Assembly: GCA_043808095.1 (NCBI GenBank)
Contig: JAZDFF010000035.1
Coordinates: forward strand, 1 to 57,204
Source: Candidatus Omnitrophota bacterium
GTDB taxonomy: Bacteria; Omnitrophota; Gorgyraeia; JAZDFF01
Reading direction: 5' to 3'
Length of the DNA: 57,204 nucleotides
Below the pieces are notes generated by a model. It saw nothing but the letters and a program-made list of their open reading frames with translations, ran no database searches and was not told the origin of the DNA. Position numbers and translations under genes: made by a program. Each line of letters starts with the position of its first letter. Within the stretch, counting starts at the first letter, position 1. Positions 34,766 to 44,772 of the stretch are shown here, in pieces.

Positions 34766-37621
34766 TCAAAATGCCTGGTTTATGCCCAGCCAGAATCTCG
34801 GGCTTTGTTTGGGCTCATTAATCGCTTGAGCACAATCAAAACGCACGACCATTTTCTCTAAGAAAGAGCCGATATTGATATGGAAACGTAATCCTGCCCC
34901 CGCGTCCTTTTTAAAAGGAGTGTCATGAAAATCTCCAAACCAGGCTTTACCTGCGTCAAAAAATAATGCGCCCTGGATATCCGCAAGACGAAATATATTA
35001 TCAAAAAGCCCTATACCTAAATCATCCTTTAAAGGAAAGCGGTATTCAATATTAGCCAACATTGAGCTGCTTCCTTTAATATCCTTTAAATCATAGCCCC
35101 TTAAACCGCGGGAACCGCCTAATTCAAATAAATCCTTATCCTTAGGGCATCCCCAACCAAAGGATAAATTTGTGGCAATCTTTTGCCTGTGTAAAAGTGC
35201 TGTATATTTAGTAAAATCAACCTTATCTCTTAAAAAATATTGCTTACCGCCCAGGAAATGGCCTGCAACTTCCTGATTTAGGGCCAATCTAAACCCGCTT
35301 ACCGGGTCAGGCTCAGGCCCACAGCGCGCAAATTCCAAGGCCAGGCCAACAATAGCCTCCTGGTTTTTGTAATAGTGGGTGTTAGTGATATCTTCAAGAT
35401 CCCCCTTAATTGAAGAGCCAGAAAATTCCCTATTCCGTATTAAATAAAGACTGATGTGGTCGTTTACGGAAGTTAAGTTGTAGGCGGCCGGCCACAGCTC
35501 TCTTCTGAAATAAAGCTTACCTCCGCGTAGATTGTCATTTCCGTCAAGATCCCGGTTATCAAAATACTCAAGGCCCAAACTATTTTGCTGACCAAATATA
35601 TGGTTAATGCGCCAGCCGAATACGGAGTCAACTTTTGCATCATTAAACTCATAATCGCTGCTTAGGTAGAAGACGTTATCATAAGTCCTCTGCAGGCTAG
35701 ATTTCACTCCCAGTCCCGATCCGGAAAATTCCGGCCCGGTAACTAGATTATAGGAACCAAAAGGCGACAATACAGGTATCTCATATATCGGAAGATACAA
35801 TGGCACGAGTTTTGAATAAATCTTTGCAGGATAATAATTATTGGCCTTGTTAATTTCTAAAAGCGAATTTTCCGGATCAATCTGGACAGAATCGAGTTTT
35901 GTATCGGAGGGCAAGGCAATCTCCCTAATTTTAGATTTGCCGTCCCAGCGATCAATAAATTCCTGTCCATCCTTTAATTTTATCTTTGTCTCTACCGGCA
36001 TCTGGATTTGACCGCAATTTTCCAGGATGACCTTTTTATTATCTATGGATTTTACGGCGTAGTCGCATTGTTTAGATGTGTTAAGCCATTCCTGGAAAAA
36101 CCACCTCAAGTCCTCACCGGATTCCTCCTGGCAAATTATCAATAAATCTTCTACCGAGGAATTGCGAAAACTGAATTCTTTAAAATATCTCCTTAACGAA
36201 CGATTAAAGGCATCAGGGCCGATAATATTGGAAAGCATATCCAGAATTACCGAACCCTTGCCATAAGCCAGGGCAAAGATACTCGATGGTTCTTGAAAAC
36301 TCGACAATTCCCCCAGGACAGGCCTGTCCAGGCCGTTTTTGGCCAGCCATATATAGCGGCTGGCCCGGGAAGAACGAAAAGAAAAATTAGGGATGAACCA
36401 ATTAAACGGCCTGGGTAATATCATAACCTGGGCATCTTTACCATATTTTTCTTCAAGGTGCATAAGCACGGTATAGGAATTCAGGCCTTCAACCAGAAAC
36501 ATCTCTTTAAACTCATCAGAGCCTACCAGGTTGTACCACCACTGATGCCCGGTCTCGTGGCTGATTAAAAAATCAAAATATCGGATTAAAAATTTCGGTA
36601 ATTTATAGACCCGCGTATCGATAAAGGCTAAATTAGAAAATTCTTCGCCCGCGTTTCCTAAATATACCGGAACAATACTAAATTCTTTATAAGGGTAAGG
36701 CCCGAAGTTTTTGGTATAATTGGCAATGGTATCTCTGGCGCATTCGGCGGCGGTCTTGGCATAGAATTCATCTTGGGCTAGATAAAACGAATTAATCTTC
36801 GTACCATTAAATTCCAAAGAATGGACTTTAAAATTCGCACTCAGGACAATAGTAAAATCCCTTACCGGCAATTCGGTATTAATATCTATGGTCTTGGTAG
36901 AATCAGGATTTTCTTTTTCGCTTATCTTACTGCCGGTTGAGACAAGTTTAAAATTATCGGGCAGCGTTATCCTTACCTTATATAAAGAGGCATCCGAAAA
37001 ATACGGCCGATGATAAAGATAATATGGGTAATTATGCCAACCGTTTTTGTCTAAAACGGATAAAATAGGATACCAATAGCCAAGGCTTGTTATATCCTTA
37101 TGCCAGCCCAGCCGGCCATAGGCATGAGGGATTAATAAATCAAAATCTAAATTAAGTTTGATAGATTCGCCCGGCTTAAGGTCCGTTCCTAAAATAACCT
37201 TTAAGATAGTCTTATCAGGGCCTTCTATCTTATATGCTAGATCACCGCCAGAGGCATAAACCTTTTTAAGCTTAAATTGGGGGCATTGGAACCCATCCGG
37301 GAAAGGGTTTATCTTAAAATAGCCGGCATAGATATAGAGGAAATTTTTATCACGTTGGCTATATTGGCGGTTAGGATAGATATGAAAATAGACCTCGTTA
37401 ATCGGATTAGAACCGGTATTTGTAAAAATAACCGACTGTTTAACGCTTAAGGAATGGCTCTTAGGATAGAATCTGCAGTCCATTTCATACTCGGGGGCTG
37501 CAGCATAGGCTATGCCCGAAGTTAATAAAACCCAACTAAAAAGTAGGGCTCCCAGGGCTGCGCTATTCCATGGGTAGGGCAGTCCCGCGACTTCCTTCTT
37601 AAAAAGGCATCCAGATATCAT
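34766..37621 (-). CDS. M1 family aminopeptidase fused to C-terminal Omp85/BamA-type beta-barrel
   Basis: Signal peptide; HETGH-x18-E, AYGKG; barrel motifs LGG..GLRGY, FFDAG, GAGLRF, terminal F. Confidence 0.85.
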   Translation of the reverse strand: MISGCLFKKEVAGLPYPWNSAALGALLFSWVLLTSGIAYAAAPEYEMDCRFYPKSHSLSVKQSVIFTNTGSNPINEVYFHIYPNRQYSQRDKNFLYIYAGYFKINPFPDGFQCPQFKLKKVYASGGDLAYKIEGPDKTILKVILGTDLKPGESIKLNLDFDLLIPHAYGRLGWHKDITSLGYWYPILSVLDKNGWHNYPYYLYHRPYFSDASLYKVRITLPDNFKLVSTGSKISEKENPDSTKTIDINTELPVRDFTIVLSANFKVHSLEFNGTKINSFYLAQDEFYAKTAAECARDTIANYTKNFGPYPYKEFSIVPVYLGNAGEEFSNLAFIDTRVYKLPKFLIRYFDFLISHETGHQWWYNLVGSDEFKEMFLVEGLNSYTVLMHLEEKYGKDAQVMILPRPFNWFIPNFSFRSSRASRYIWLAKNGLDRPVLGELSSFQEPSSIFALAYGKGSVILDMLSNIIGPDAFNRSLRRYFKEFSFRNSSVEDLLIICQEESGEDLRWFFQEWLNTSKQCDYAVKSIDNKKVILENCGQIQMPVETKIKLKDGQEFIDRWDGKSKIREIALPSDTKLDSVQIDPENSLLEINKANNYYPAKIYSKLVPLYLPIYEIPVLSPFGSYNLVTGPEFSGSGLGVKSSLQRTYDNVFYLSSDYEFNDAKVDSVFGWRINHIFGQQNSLGLEYFDNRDLDGNDNLRGGKLYFRRELWPAAYNLTSVNDHISLYLIRNREFSGSSIKGDLEDITNTHYYKNQEAIVGLALEFARCGPEPDPVSGFRLALNQEVAGHFLGGKQYFLRDKVDFTKYTALLHRQKIATNLSFGWGCPKDKDLFELGGSRGLRGYDLKDIKGSSSMLANIEYRFPLKDDLGIGLFDNIFRLADIQGALFFDAGKAWFGDFHDTPFKKDAGAGLRFHINIGSFLEKMVVRFDCAQAINEPKQSPRFWLGINQAF

Positions 37622-37637
37622 GTTATCTCTTGAAGAA

Positions 37638-38078
37638 TCAATCTGCGGAATCTAATTCTGGGTCTTTGGGATTTAAGGCAGCGTTTTTTTGACGGTCTCT
37701 TTTTTTAAAGAGGAGGGTGATTTGGCTGTAACTCGGGTCTTTGCGTAAATTCTCTAAATCCGGGTCTTTCTCAATATAATCAAAGTTCCAGTAGCCTAAT
37801 TTTATGGCTGATTTTAACTCTGCCAGGGCCTCTTCGATCTTCCCCGCAAGGGAATAACTGCAGGCAAGATTATATCTTATGGTTTCATCCGCCGGCTTTA
37901 GTTTTGCCAATTTTATGTCGATTAAAAGGCCTTTTTTATATAACCTCTTTTTAGTATAGGCATCGCCTAAGGCAATGAGGGCAGGAATAAAATCAGGATT
38001 CTTTTCAAGCAGCCCTTCGCAGAAACTGATTTCAAGATCTAAGTCTTTAAATTGGCTTTTTTTGTTTTTAGACGCCAT
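37638..38078 (-). CDS. TPR protein
   Basis: ALIALGDAY, YNLACSYSL.G, DPDLENLR.DP. Confidence 0.85.
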   Translation of the reverse strand: MASKNKKSQFKDLDLEISFCEGLLEKNPDFIPALIALGDAYTKKRLYKKGLLIDIKLAKLKPADETIRYNLACSYSLAGKIEEALAELKSAIKLGYWNFDYIEKDPDLENLRKDPSYSQITLLFKKRDRQKNAALNPKDPELDSAD

Positions 38079-39148
38079 CTTTTACCGTAGTGATAATAGA
38101 TATTACACGAACCTTCGGATGAAACCATGCAAGGCCCGATTGGATTTTCGGGCTTACAGGTATTTTTGAATAAACCGCATTCATCCGGATAACTAATCCC
38201 TTTGAGTATTTTATCACAAATACACATTTTGGGAATATCAAAAATGTTTTTTTCTCTAAGGCTGAATTTTCTTACGGCATCAAATTTTTTAAATCTCTTT
38301 TTTAACTTAAGCCCGGAGCCGGGTATTTTACCTAAACCCCGCCAATATACATCGCTGATATCAAATACCTTTTTTATCGCCTTGATTGCCCGGGGATTGC
38401 CATTGGGTCTTACGGCCCAGCGGTATTCGATTTGGGAACTGAATTTATTGTCTTTTATCTGTTTTAAAACCAACCAAATAGATGTCAAAATATCTACGGG
38501 TTCGAATCCGGAGATCACAACCGGTTTCTTGTATTTAGTGGCAATGCTTTCGTAGGGCTTGCTGCCAATAATCGTCGAGACATGACCCGGGGCTATGAAA
38601 CCATCGATTCGGACCTCTTTATCTTCTAAAAGCGCCTGCATTGCCGGAGGTATTAATTTATGCGAACAGATAATGGAAAAATTCCGGGGCGCCTTATTGA
38701 GAAGGACGAGGGCGGTTGTCGGGGCAGTAGTTTCAAAACCGATAGCGCAATGAACAACCTCTTGAGCCGGATTGTTATCTGCGATCTTTAATGCGTCGCT
38801 AATCGAATAAACAACTTTTATTTTTGCGCCCTTTGAGCGCGCCTCAAGTAACGACGTAGTTTTTCCTCTTACCCGGAGCATATCACCAAAAGTGGTAATA
38901 AGGCATCCTCTTTGAGCCAACTCTATAGCCCAGTCAATCTCAAATGCCGGGGTACAGCAGACCGGGCAGCCCGGGCCCGATACGATCTCAAGGTTATCGG
39001 GCAGAAGTTCTCTTAGGCCAAATTGGGCAATAACCTGTTCATGCGTGCCGCAGACATGCATGAGTTTAAAGTGCCTGCCCCGGCTCATCAAGGCAATCTT
39101 ATCAATTAATTTTTGGGTTATCTTTTTGTCTCTTAAGAATTCAAACAT
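38039..39148 (-). CDS. hypD: Hydrogenase maturation protein HypD
   Basis: CGTH, GPGCPVC, GFETT, PGHVS, GPCMVSSEG.C. Confidence 0.96.
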   Translation of the reverse strand: MFEFLRDKKITQKLIDKIALMSRGRHFKLMHVCGTHEQVIAQFGLRELLPDNLEIVSGPGCPVCCTPAFEIDWAIELAQRGCLITTFGDMLRVRGKTTSLLEARSKGAKIKVVYSISDALKIADNNPAQEVVHCAIGFETTAPTTALVLLNKAPRNFSIICSHKLIPPAMQALLEDKEVRIDGFIAPGHVSTIIGSKPYESIATKYKKPVVISGFEPVDILTSIWLVLKQIKDNKFSSQIEYRWAVRPNGNPRAIKAIKKVFDISDVYWRGLGKIPGSGLKLKKRFKKFDAVRKFSLREKNIFDIPKMCICDKILKGISYPDECGLFKNTCKPENPIGPCMVSSEGSCNIYYHYGKRWRLKTKKANLKT

Positions 39149-39220
39149 ATCTTTTAAAATAAAGTAGCGAGAAAAACAAAATCTCTCTACTCTCTACTTG
39201 CTACTCTTAACAATCTGTGT

Positions 39221-39427
39221 TCAAAGGCTCCTTAGAAAGTCCCTGGTTTCTTCGGCCTCTTTTTTATCTACCTTCTGGATAGCAAATCCGGCGTGGATAA
39301 TGACAAAGTCCCCGACGCTTACTTTGGAAACCATCTGGATATTTGCCCGCTGCCTTACTTTATCAAGTTCGACAACGGCAAAATCTCCGTCGATCTTTAT
39401 TATCTTCATAGGGACAGCTAGACACAT
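39221..39427 (-). CDS. hypC: Hydrogenase maturation chaperone HypC
   Basis: MCLAVP, VGDFVIIHAGFAI. Confidence 0.96.
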   Translation of the reverse strand: MCLAVPMKIIKIDGDFAVVELDKVRQRANIQMVSKVSVGDFVIIHAGFAIQKVDKKEAEETRDFLRSL

Positions 39428-39432
39428 CCTAA

Positions 39433-40623
39433 TTATCCTCTTTGATTATTGGCAATAACTGCCTGTCCTAAACAAAGGCTGCTATCCGTGGCAGAAAACG
39501 CAGAATGGACCAATACACGAAAACCGTCTTCTCTCAGGCACCTTCTTCCTTCCTCTTTTAATATCCTGTTCTGAAAAACTCCGCCGCTTAAAACTACAGA
39601 ATTTAATTTAGTTTTTTCGCGGATAATCCTGCATACATCTCTCATCATGCTGATAATCGTATAATGGAATTTTAAGGCAACTTCATTTCTGGAAACTTTT
39701 TTTCTTAAATCCTTAACAATCTCTCTAAACATTGGCTGAGGGCTAATTACATAAACCTCATTAATATAATTTATCTTATAATTATACCCGATAACCCGCC
39801 TGCCTGCCGGTGAGGCAAGATAACCCGCCTGCCCTGAGCGAAGTCGAAGGAATAACCCGATAACTGAAGTAGCTAATTTCTCTAACTTTATCGCTGCCTG
39901 CGCCTCAAAATCAACTCTATCCCCCAGTCCCAAGAGCGAAGAGACGCCATCAAAAAGCCTGCCCATACTCGAAGAGGGCGGACAATTTATTTCTTTTTTA
40001 AGCATCTGTTTAAATATTCCGGTTTCTTTTTTATCCAATCTCTTTACAAAATCGATATTGAGCTTAGAGATTTTATCCTGGTATGTCTTATAAAGCCAGG
40101 CAAAGGCAACCCGTAAAGGCTCTTTTATGGCGGCCTCACCGCCGATAAGGGGGACATATTCAAGATGCGCAATTCTTTTATAGCCTTTTAAATCAGCGAC
40201 TAAAAACTCTGCGCCCCAGAGAGTTCCATCAGCGCCAAAGCCTGTTCCATCAAAACAGATACCTATAACAGGCCCTTTTAAATTATGCTCGAGATAGCAA
40301 CTGGCAATATGCGCATGATGGTGCTGGATACCTATTAGCTTAATTCTCATGTCGGCCTCATGCATGCCTTTGGCTAATTTGGTGGTGAGATATTCAGGAT
40401 GCAGGTCATAGGCAATCACCCTGGGCGTAATTTTTAAGTTTTTTAGTATATTTCTTAAATCCTTCTCGAATAATTCAAGGTTCTTGGGGTCTTCGAGGTC
40501 GCCGAAAGAATTGTTTACAAATAAAGATTTATCTTTGGCAACGCAGAAACCTGCTTTAAGCTGTCCGCCCAAAGCAAGGATGGGTTTTTTAAATCTTATC
40601 TCTGTCTTTATCTTTTTAAGCAT
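39433..40623 (-). CDS. hypF: Truncated HypF (Kae1-like C-terminal domain only)
   Basis: DLHPEY, QHHHAH, DGTGFG.DGT.WG.E, SSMGRLFD, LSGGVFQN; no acylphosphatase, Zn-finger or YrdC domains. Confidence 0.9.
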   Translation of the reverse strand: MLKKIKTEIRFKKPILALGGQLKAGFCVAKDKSLFVNNSFGDLEDPKNLELFEKDLRNILKNLKITPRVIAYDLHPEYLTTKLAKGMHEADMRIKLIGIQHHHAHIASCYLEHNLKGPVIGICFDGTGFGADGTLWGAEFLVADLKGYKRIAHLEYVPLIGGEAAIKEPLRVAFAWLYKTYQDKISKLNIDFVKRLDKKETGIFKQMLKKEINCPPSSSMGRLFDGVSSLLGLGDRVDFEAQAAIKLEKLATSVIGLFLRLRSGQAGYLASPAGRRVIGYNYKINYINEVYVISPQPMFREIVKDLRKKVSRNEVALKFHYTIISMMRDVCRIIREKTKLNSVVLSGGVFQNRILKEEGRRCLREDGFRVLVHSAFSATDSSLCLGQAVIANNQRG

Positions 40624-41457
40624 TTATGAACCCTTAACTAATTCCTGATATCTTTTAATAAGAAGGTTTGTTATCTTCCCGGAGCGTCCGTTATTGACGG
40701 ATTTATTATTTACCCTGGTAACAGGCATAATCTCGATTAAGGAATTAGTCAAAAAGGCCTCATCGGCCTTAAATAATTTACCGGGTTTAACCAATTTTTC
40801 TTCCACCTTAATTTTTTCTTTTTTAGCCAGACCTAAGACGATTGAACGGGTAATCCCGGGCAGGCACCCGCTTTCCAATGAAGGCGTGATGAGAGAATCT
40901 CTCTTAACCAGGAAGATATTAGAATGCGCCCCTTCAGCGAGTAAACCTTTTGAATTTAAAAGAATTGCCTCAAAGGCATTCTTCTTATTGGCTGCTTGCC
41001 GGGCTAATTTATAAAAAAGATAGTTTAGGGATTTTACCCTGCATAACAGGGAGGACTCATTAACTTTAAAATCAGAGATTATCGCCCTAACCCCTCTTTT
41101 ATAGAATTTATCCGGATATTTTTTAAGCGGCTTTATAAAACAGGCAAAATTACAGGAATTTTCCTCCTGCCAGAGATTAAGGCGGATATAGGCCTCTTTT
41201 ATCTTTGATGAGCCGACTGTAATTAAAACCGCCTCTTCGAGCCTGGAATAGGGAGGCGGGTTTTTCAGGCCGATTATCTTTGCGCCTTTCTTTAACCTCT
41301 CAATATGCTGCTTGAGGGCAAAGACTTCTCCCCGGTAAGCGCGCATGGTCTCAAAAAGTCCCCTCGCGTAAAGAAATCCGTCGCAAAAAATCCAAACGCG
41401 GGCTTCTCTTTCGGGGATTAACCTGTCTTTAAAATACACCAACCGGCTCATTGACAA
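40624..41457 (-). CDS. pabC: Class IV aminotransferase / aminodeoxychorismate lyase
   Basis: GLFETMR, H..RL, KSLNY, EG..SNIF, LPGITR, EAFLTNS; adjacent to pabB. Confidence 0.85.
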   Translation of the reverse strand: MSMSRLVYFKDRLIPEREARVWIFCDGFLYARGLFETMRAYRGEVFALKQHIERLKKGAKIIGLKNPPPYSRLEEAVLITVGSSKIKEAYIRLNLWQEENSCNFACFIKPLKKYPDKFYKRGVRAIISDFKVNESSLLCRVKSLNYLFYKLARQAANKKNAFEAILLNSKGLLAEGAHSNIFLVKRDSLITPSLESGCLPGITRSIVLGLAKKEKIKVEEKLVKPGKLFKADEAFLTNSLIEIMPVTRVNNKSVNNGRSGKITNLLIKRYQELVKGS

Positions 41458-42895
41458 AAGATAATGCTTTAAATAACGCGCGTGCCTTAACTAAGGTCTC
41501 CTCATATTCTAATTCCGGGACAGAATCCGCAACTATCCCGCCGCCCACCTGAAAATAGACCTCATCATGTTTCTTGATAATGGTACGGATGGCTATATTT
41601 AAATCCATATTCCCATTAAAACCTATATAACCGACAGCGCCTGTATAGACGGACCTGCGCGTGGGCTCTAATTCCTCGATTATCTGCATGGCCCGGATTT
41701 TAGGGCAGCCCGTTATAGAGCCTCCGGGAAAACAGGCCTTCAAAAGGTCAATGGCATCTTTATCGGGATGAAGATGGCCTGTAATCGAAGAGGTGGTCTG
41801 AAAGACGGTAGCGTAACTTTCTAAATTACGCAGTTTCTTTACCTTAATTGAGCCGTAGCTGCAGACCTTGCCTAGATCATTTCTCTCGAGATCTGCAATC
41901 ATAATCAACTCTGCCTTGTCCTTGGCGCTTTCAAGAAGTTCTTTCCTTAAGGCTGAGTCCTCCCGGGCATCGCGGCCGCGCGGACGGGTCCCTTTCATCG
42001 GCCGCGTCTCTACCACCCCGGAATTTAAATTAAGAAACCTCTCCGGAGAGGAAGAGATAATCTGGAAATCTGCCGCATCAAAATAGGCAGAAAACGGGGA
42101 GGGATTTATCCTGACCAAATTCTTATATAAAGAAAACGGCTCGCCTGGATTGTTAAGGCTAAACCTCTGGGATAAATTTAACTGATATATATCGCCTTTT
42201 TTAATATAATCCTTGGCCTTAACAATAGCCTTTAAGTAAGACTCGTGGCTGAAATTAGAGGCATAACCAGAAGGCTCGATTAATCGAGCCTGCCAGCCTG
42301 ATGCTCCATTTTTAAAAACCCCGGATTCCCATCTATTTAATTTCTCCTCAATCAACTTTAATTTGTACTGCGCCAATTTTTTAGCCAAAGACGTATTCTT
42401 CTCGGGTAATCCGCTTGAGAAGATATGCAATTTCTCCATTTTATGATCATAGATAATAACCGGGTCATAGAATCCTAAAATACAATCAGGCAGGTTCAAA
42501 TCATCTTGCGACCTTAAAGGAATTTTTTCTAAGATGAACCCCAGGTCATAGGCAAAATACCCTACTGCGCCTCCCAGAAATGGTATTGCGTCGATACTTT
42601 CATTGAGCCTGTATTGATTAAGCAACTCTTTTATTGCGGCCAGGGGGTTGCCTATCTTCTTCTTTAAAGACCCGTTTTGCTGTATCTGTAGGTTACGGCC
42701 TTTGGATTTAAAGACTAAGAACGGCGAGCCTCCCAGGAAGGAGAAACGCCCGAGCTCGTTAGACTTAAGCCCGCTATGTAAGAAAAAAGGCAGGTTATCG
42801 TCTTTAAATGCCTCAAATAAATCGACGAGACTGCCTTTATAACTATAAGATTTCAAGCCGTAATATGGCATCAATGCGAAACTGCCTTTCTTCAT
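41429..42895 (-). CDS. pabB: Aminodeoxychorismate synthase component I
   Basis: FLHSG, GDIYQ.NLSQR, SSPERF, PMKGT, FPGGSITGCPK, GGGIVADS; start may be 42871. Confidence 0.9.
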   Translation of the reverse strand: MKKGSFALMPYYGLKSYSYKGSLVDLFEAFKDDNLPFFLHSGLKSNELGRFSFLGGSPFLVFKSKGRNLQIQQNGSLKKKIGNPLAAIKELLNQYRLNESIDAIPFLGGAVGYFAYDLGFILEKIPLRSQDDLNLPDCILGFYDPVIIYDHKMEKLHIFSSGLPEKNTSLAKKLAQYKLKLIEEKLNRWESGVFKNGASGWQARLIEPSGYASNFSHESYLKAIVKAKDYIKKGDIYQLNLSQRFSLNNPGEPFSLYKNLVRINPSPFSAYFDAADFQIISSSPERFLNLNSGVVETRPMKGTRPRGRDAREDSALRKELLESAKDKAELIMIADLERNDLGKVCSYGSIKVKKLRNLESYATVFQTTSSITGHLHPDKDAIDLLKACFPGGSITGCPKIRAMQIIEELEPTRRSVYTGAVGYIGFNGNMDLNIAIRTIIKKHDEVYFQVGGGIVADSVPELEYEETLVKARALFKALSFVNEPVGVF

Positions 42896-43664
42896 TCTTT
42901 AAGTAACAGACCCCCACCAGATAATCCCTACCTCTCTCCTGGAATATCTGGGTAGGCCTGACTTCTCTTTCCGTGACTTCGGATGAGGATCTTGAAAAAT
43001 ACCTAATCTTTAGATTCCTCTCCAGTTTGATTGCCTGTAATATGCAGGCGGACTTTTTAAGGTTGGCCTGGTTTATCAGCTCCAGATTAAAGCCGAAGAG
43101 GTTATGTATATCTTCTAATTTTGTAATCCTTTTTTTCTCTAAGAGCCCCAGGAGGTGTAAGAATATCTTGTAAGTTACAGCCACATCCTCTTTGGCCCGG
43201 TGCAGGAGCGGCGCTTCTATATTCAGGCTGGCGGCGACATTTTTAAGCGAATAGCCGAAAAGGCCGGGCAAGAGTTTTCTTGCCATGATTAAGACATCCA
43301 GGATCGGGGTATTTTCACTGATTTTTTCCCCAATAAAGGACAGCTCCCGGTTTAAGAAACCGAGGTCAAAGCCGGCATTATAAATACAGAGCGTTGAATC
43401 TTTGATAAAATCCAAAAAACCAGGCAGGACTTCTTTTAAGGCAGGCGCATCTTTAATCATGCCTTCATCAATGCGGTTAATCTCATAGGCCTCAATGCTA
43501 AGAGGCCTCTGGGGATTTATAAGAGAGTGGAATTCGCCGATTACCTCGCCTTGCCTGACCTTTATGGCGGCTATCTCGATTATCCTGTCTCCGGACTCGG
43601 GGAAAAGCCCGGTGGTCTCTAAATCCAGGATTACAAAATCTGTTTTATCTAAATCCTTAGGCAT
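42843..43664 (-). CDS. DEDDh 3'-5' exonuclease (DnaQ-like) with C-terminal WYL domain
   Basis: DLETTG, YNAGFD, HRA.ED; C-terminal IRY....TEREVRP....YL.G.C.L..EERQFRID. Confidence 0.88.
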   Translation of the reverse strand: MPKDLDKTDFVILDLETTGLFPESGDRIIEIAAIKVRQGEVIGEFHSLINPQRPLSIEAYEINRIDEGMIKDAPALKEVLPGFLDFIKDSTLCIYNAGFDLGFLNRELSFIGEKISENTPILDVLIMARKLLPGLFGYSLKNVAASLNIEAPLLHRAKEDVAVTYKIFLHLLGLLEKKRITKLEDIHNLFGFNLELINQANLKKSACILQAIKLERNLKIRYFSRSSSEVTEREVRPTQIFQERGRDYLVGVCYLKNEERQFRIDAILRLEIL

Positions 43665-43713
43665 CTCGCGTGGCAGTATAGTAAAATGCTTCTAAAATAA
43701 TTGCTGTATATTC

Positions 43714-43811
43714 CACAGATGGGCACAGATGCCCGCCACAAAGATTAGCGGGTCCGCCAAAGTATTATGGCGGAAAAAGCTCACAGATTAGCACAGATAT
43801 CTGTGCTAATC
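43714..43811 (+). repeat. 98-bp direct repeat, copy 1
   Basis: 95/98 identical to 46263-46360. Confidence 0.9.
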
Positions 43812-43866
43812 TGTGAAAACGTAAGTTTTGAGCACAATCTGTGATAATCTGTGTAAAAATAAAACT

Positions 43867-44772
43867 TTATTTATTTGACGTGGCAATGAAAGACTCGATT
43901 TCACGAAAAGGATGATAGGACAATTTAGTTTTACGTAAATTCATCAGGCCCGAATCATCCATAATATTTATATAATCATAGCCGTCTAACCGGGCGCAAA
44001 ATTCCCTGAAGATAAACTGGCTGATCCCTTTTATCTTAAGGTCGGTGATTTCAAACAGGATGCAGAATATTTCTTTATTCAGCGCATAGCCAAGGGTATA
44101 GCCGTAAATTTTGCCGTCTATTTTTATTACCTTGCCCTCGAGGCCTAATTTAGAAAAGTAATCCATGGCAGTTGTGTGCGTATAAAGGTTATCCTCGATC
44201 ATGGCCTTGTAGACAGGGTCTTTATATTTAGAAAGCCTCTCTTTTTTCCAGCGTTTATACAGCCTCAGGCATTCGTCTTTAAACCCGGGCCTGAAATCTT
44301 CGAAACTAAACCGGTAATTTTTTAAAAAATAGTTTACCAGGGCCCTCTTGGATTTAAATCTTTTCCCGGGAAGCCCCGTGAGTTCGCTTCTTTTACAGAG
44401 ATACTCGCTGTCTTTAGAGATAATTTTAAGGCCCATGGCCTTATAAAAAGGGAGGTCGTTTTTTTCGATATTTTCTATGCGCGAGACATTTGGCGAAACG
44501 TTCAGGCTATCCATTATTTTAAAACATTCAAAGATGGTTTTCTCGAGGACCCTTCCCCCCAGCGGCGGCAGATACATAAAGGCCCCGATTTTATCCCGGG
44601 CGAATATACAGAGGTTATCGTTAATGACTCGATACAAAAACTTAAAGTGCTTCTGCCAGATATAGAGGCTGGGGAATTTATAGCTGGATAATTCATGGGC
44701 CTTTATTGAGGAGTATTTATCTATCCAGGGTTTATCTTTAAGGGAGAGCCTGTTTAACTTCGGGTATTCCAT
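43867..44772 (-). CDS. DUF2156 / phosphatidylglycerol lysyltransferase C-terminal-like protein
   Basis: EYL.....L..L.G..F.SKR...N.F, IN.MDDSG..NLRK.KLSY.P. Confidence 0.8.
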   Translation of the reverse strand: MEYPKLNRLSLKDKPWIDKYSSIKAHELSSYKFPSLYIWQKHFKFLYRVINDNLCIFARDKIGAFMYLPPLGGRVLEKTIFECFKIMDSLNVSPNVSRIENIEKNDLPFYKAMGLKIISKDSEYLCKRSELTGLPGKRFKSKRALVNYFLKNYRFSFEDFRPGFKDECLRLYKRWKKERLSKYKDPVYKAMIEDNLYTHTTAMDYFSKLGLEGKVIKIDGKIYGYTLGYALNKEIFCILFEITDLKIKGISQFIFREFCARLDGYDYINIMDDSGLMNLRKTKLSYHPFREIESFIATSNK

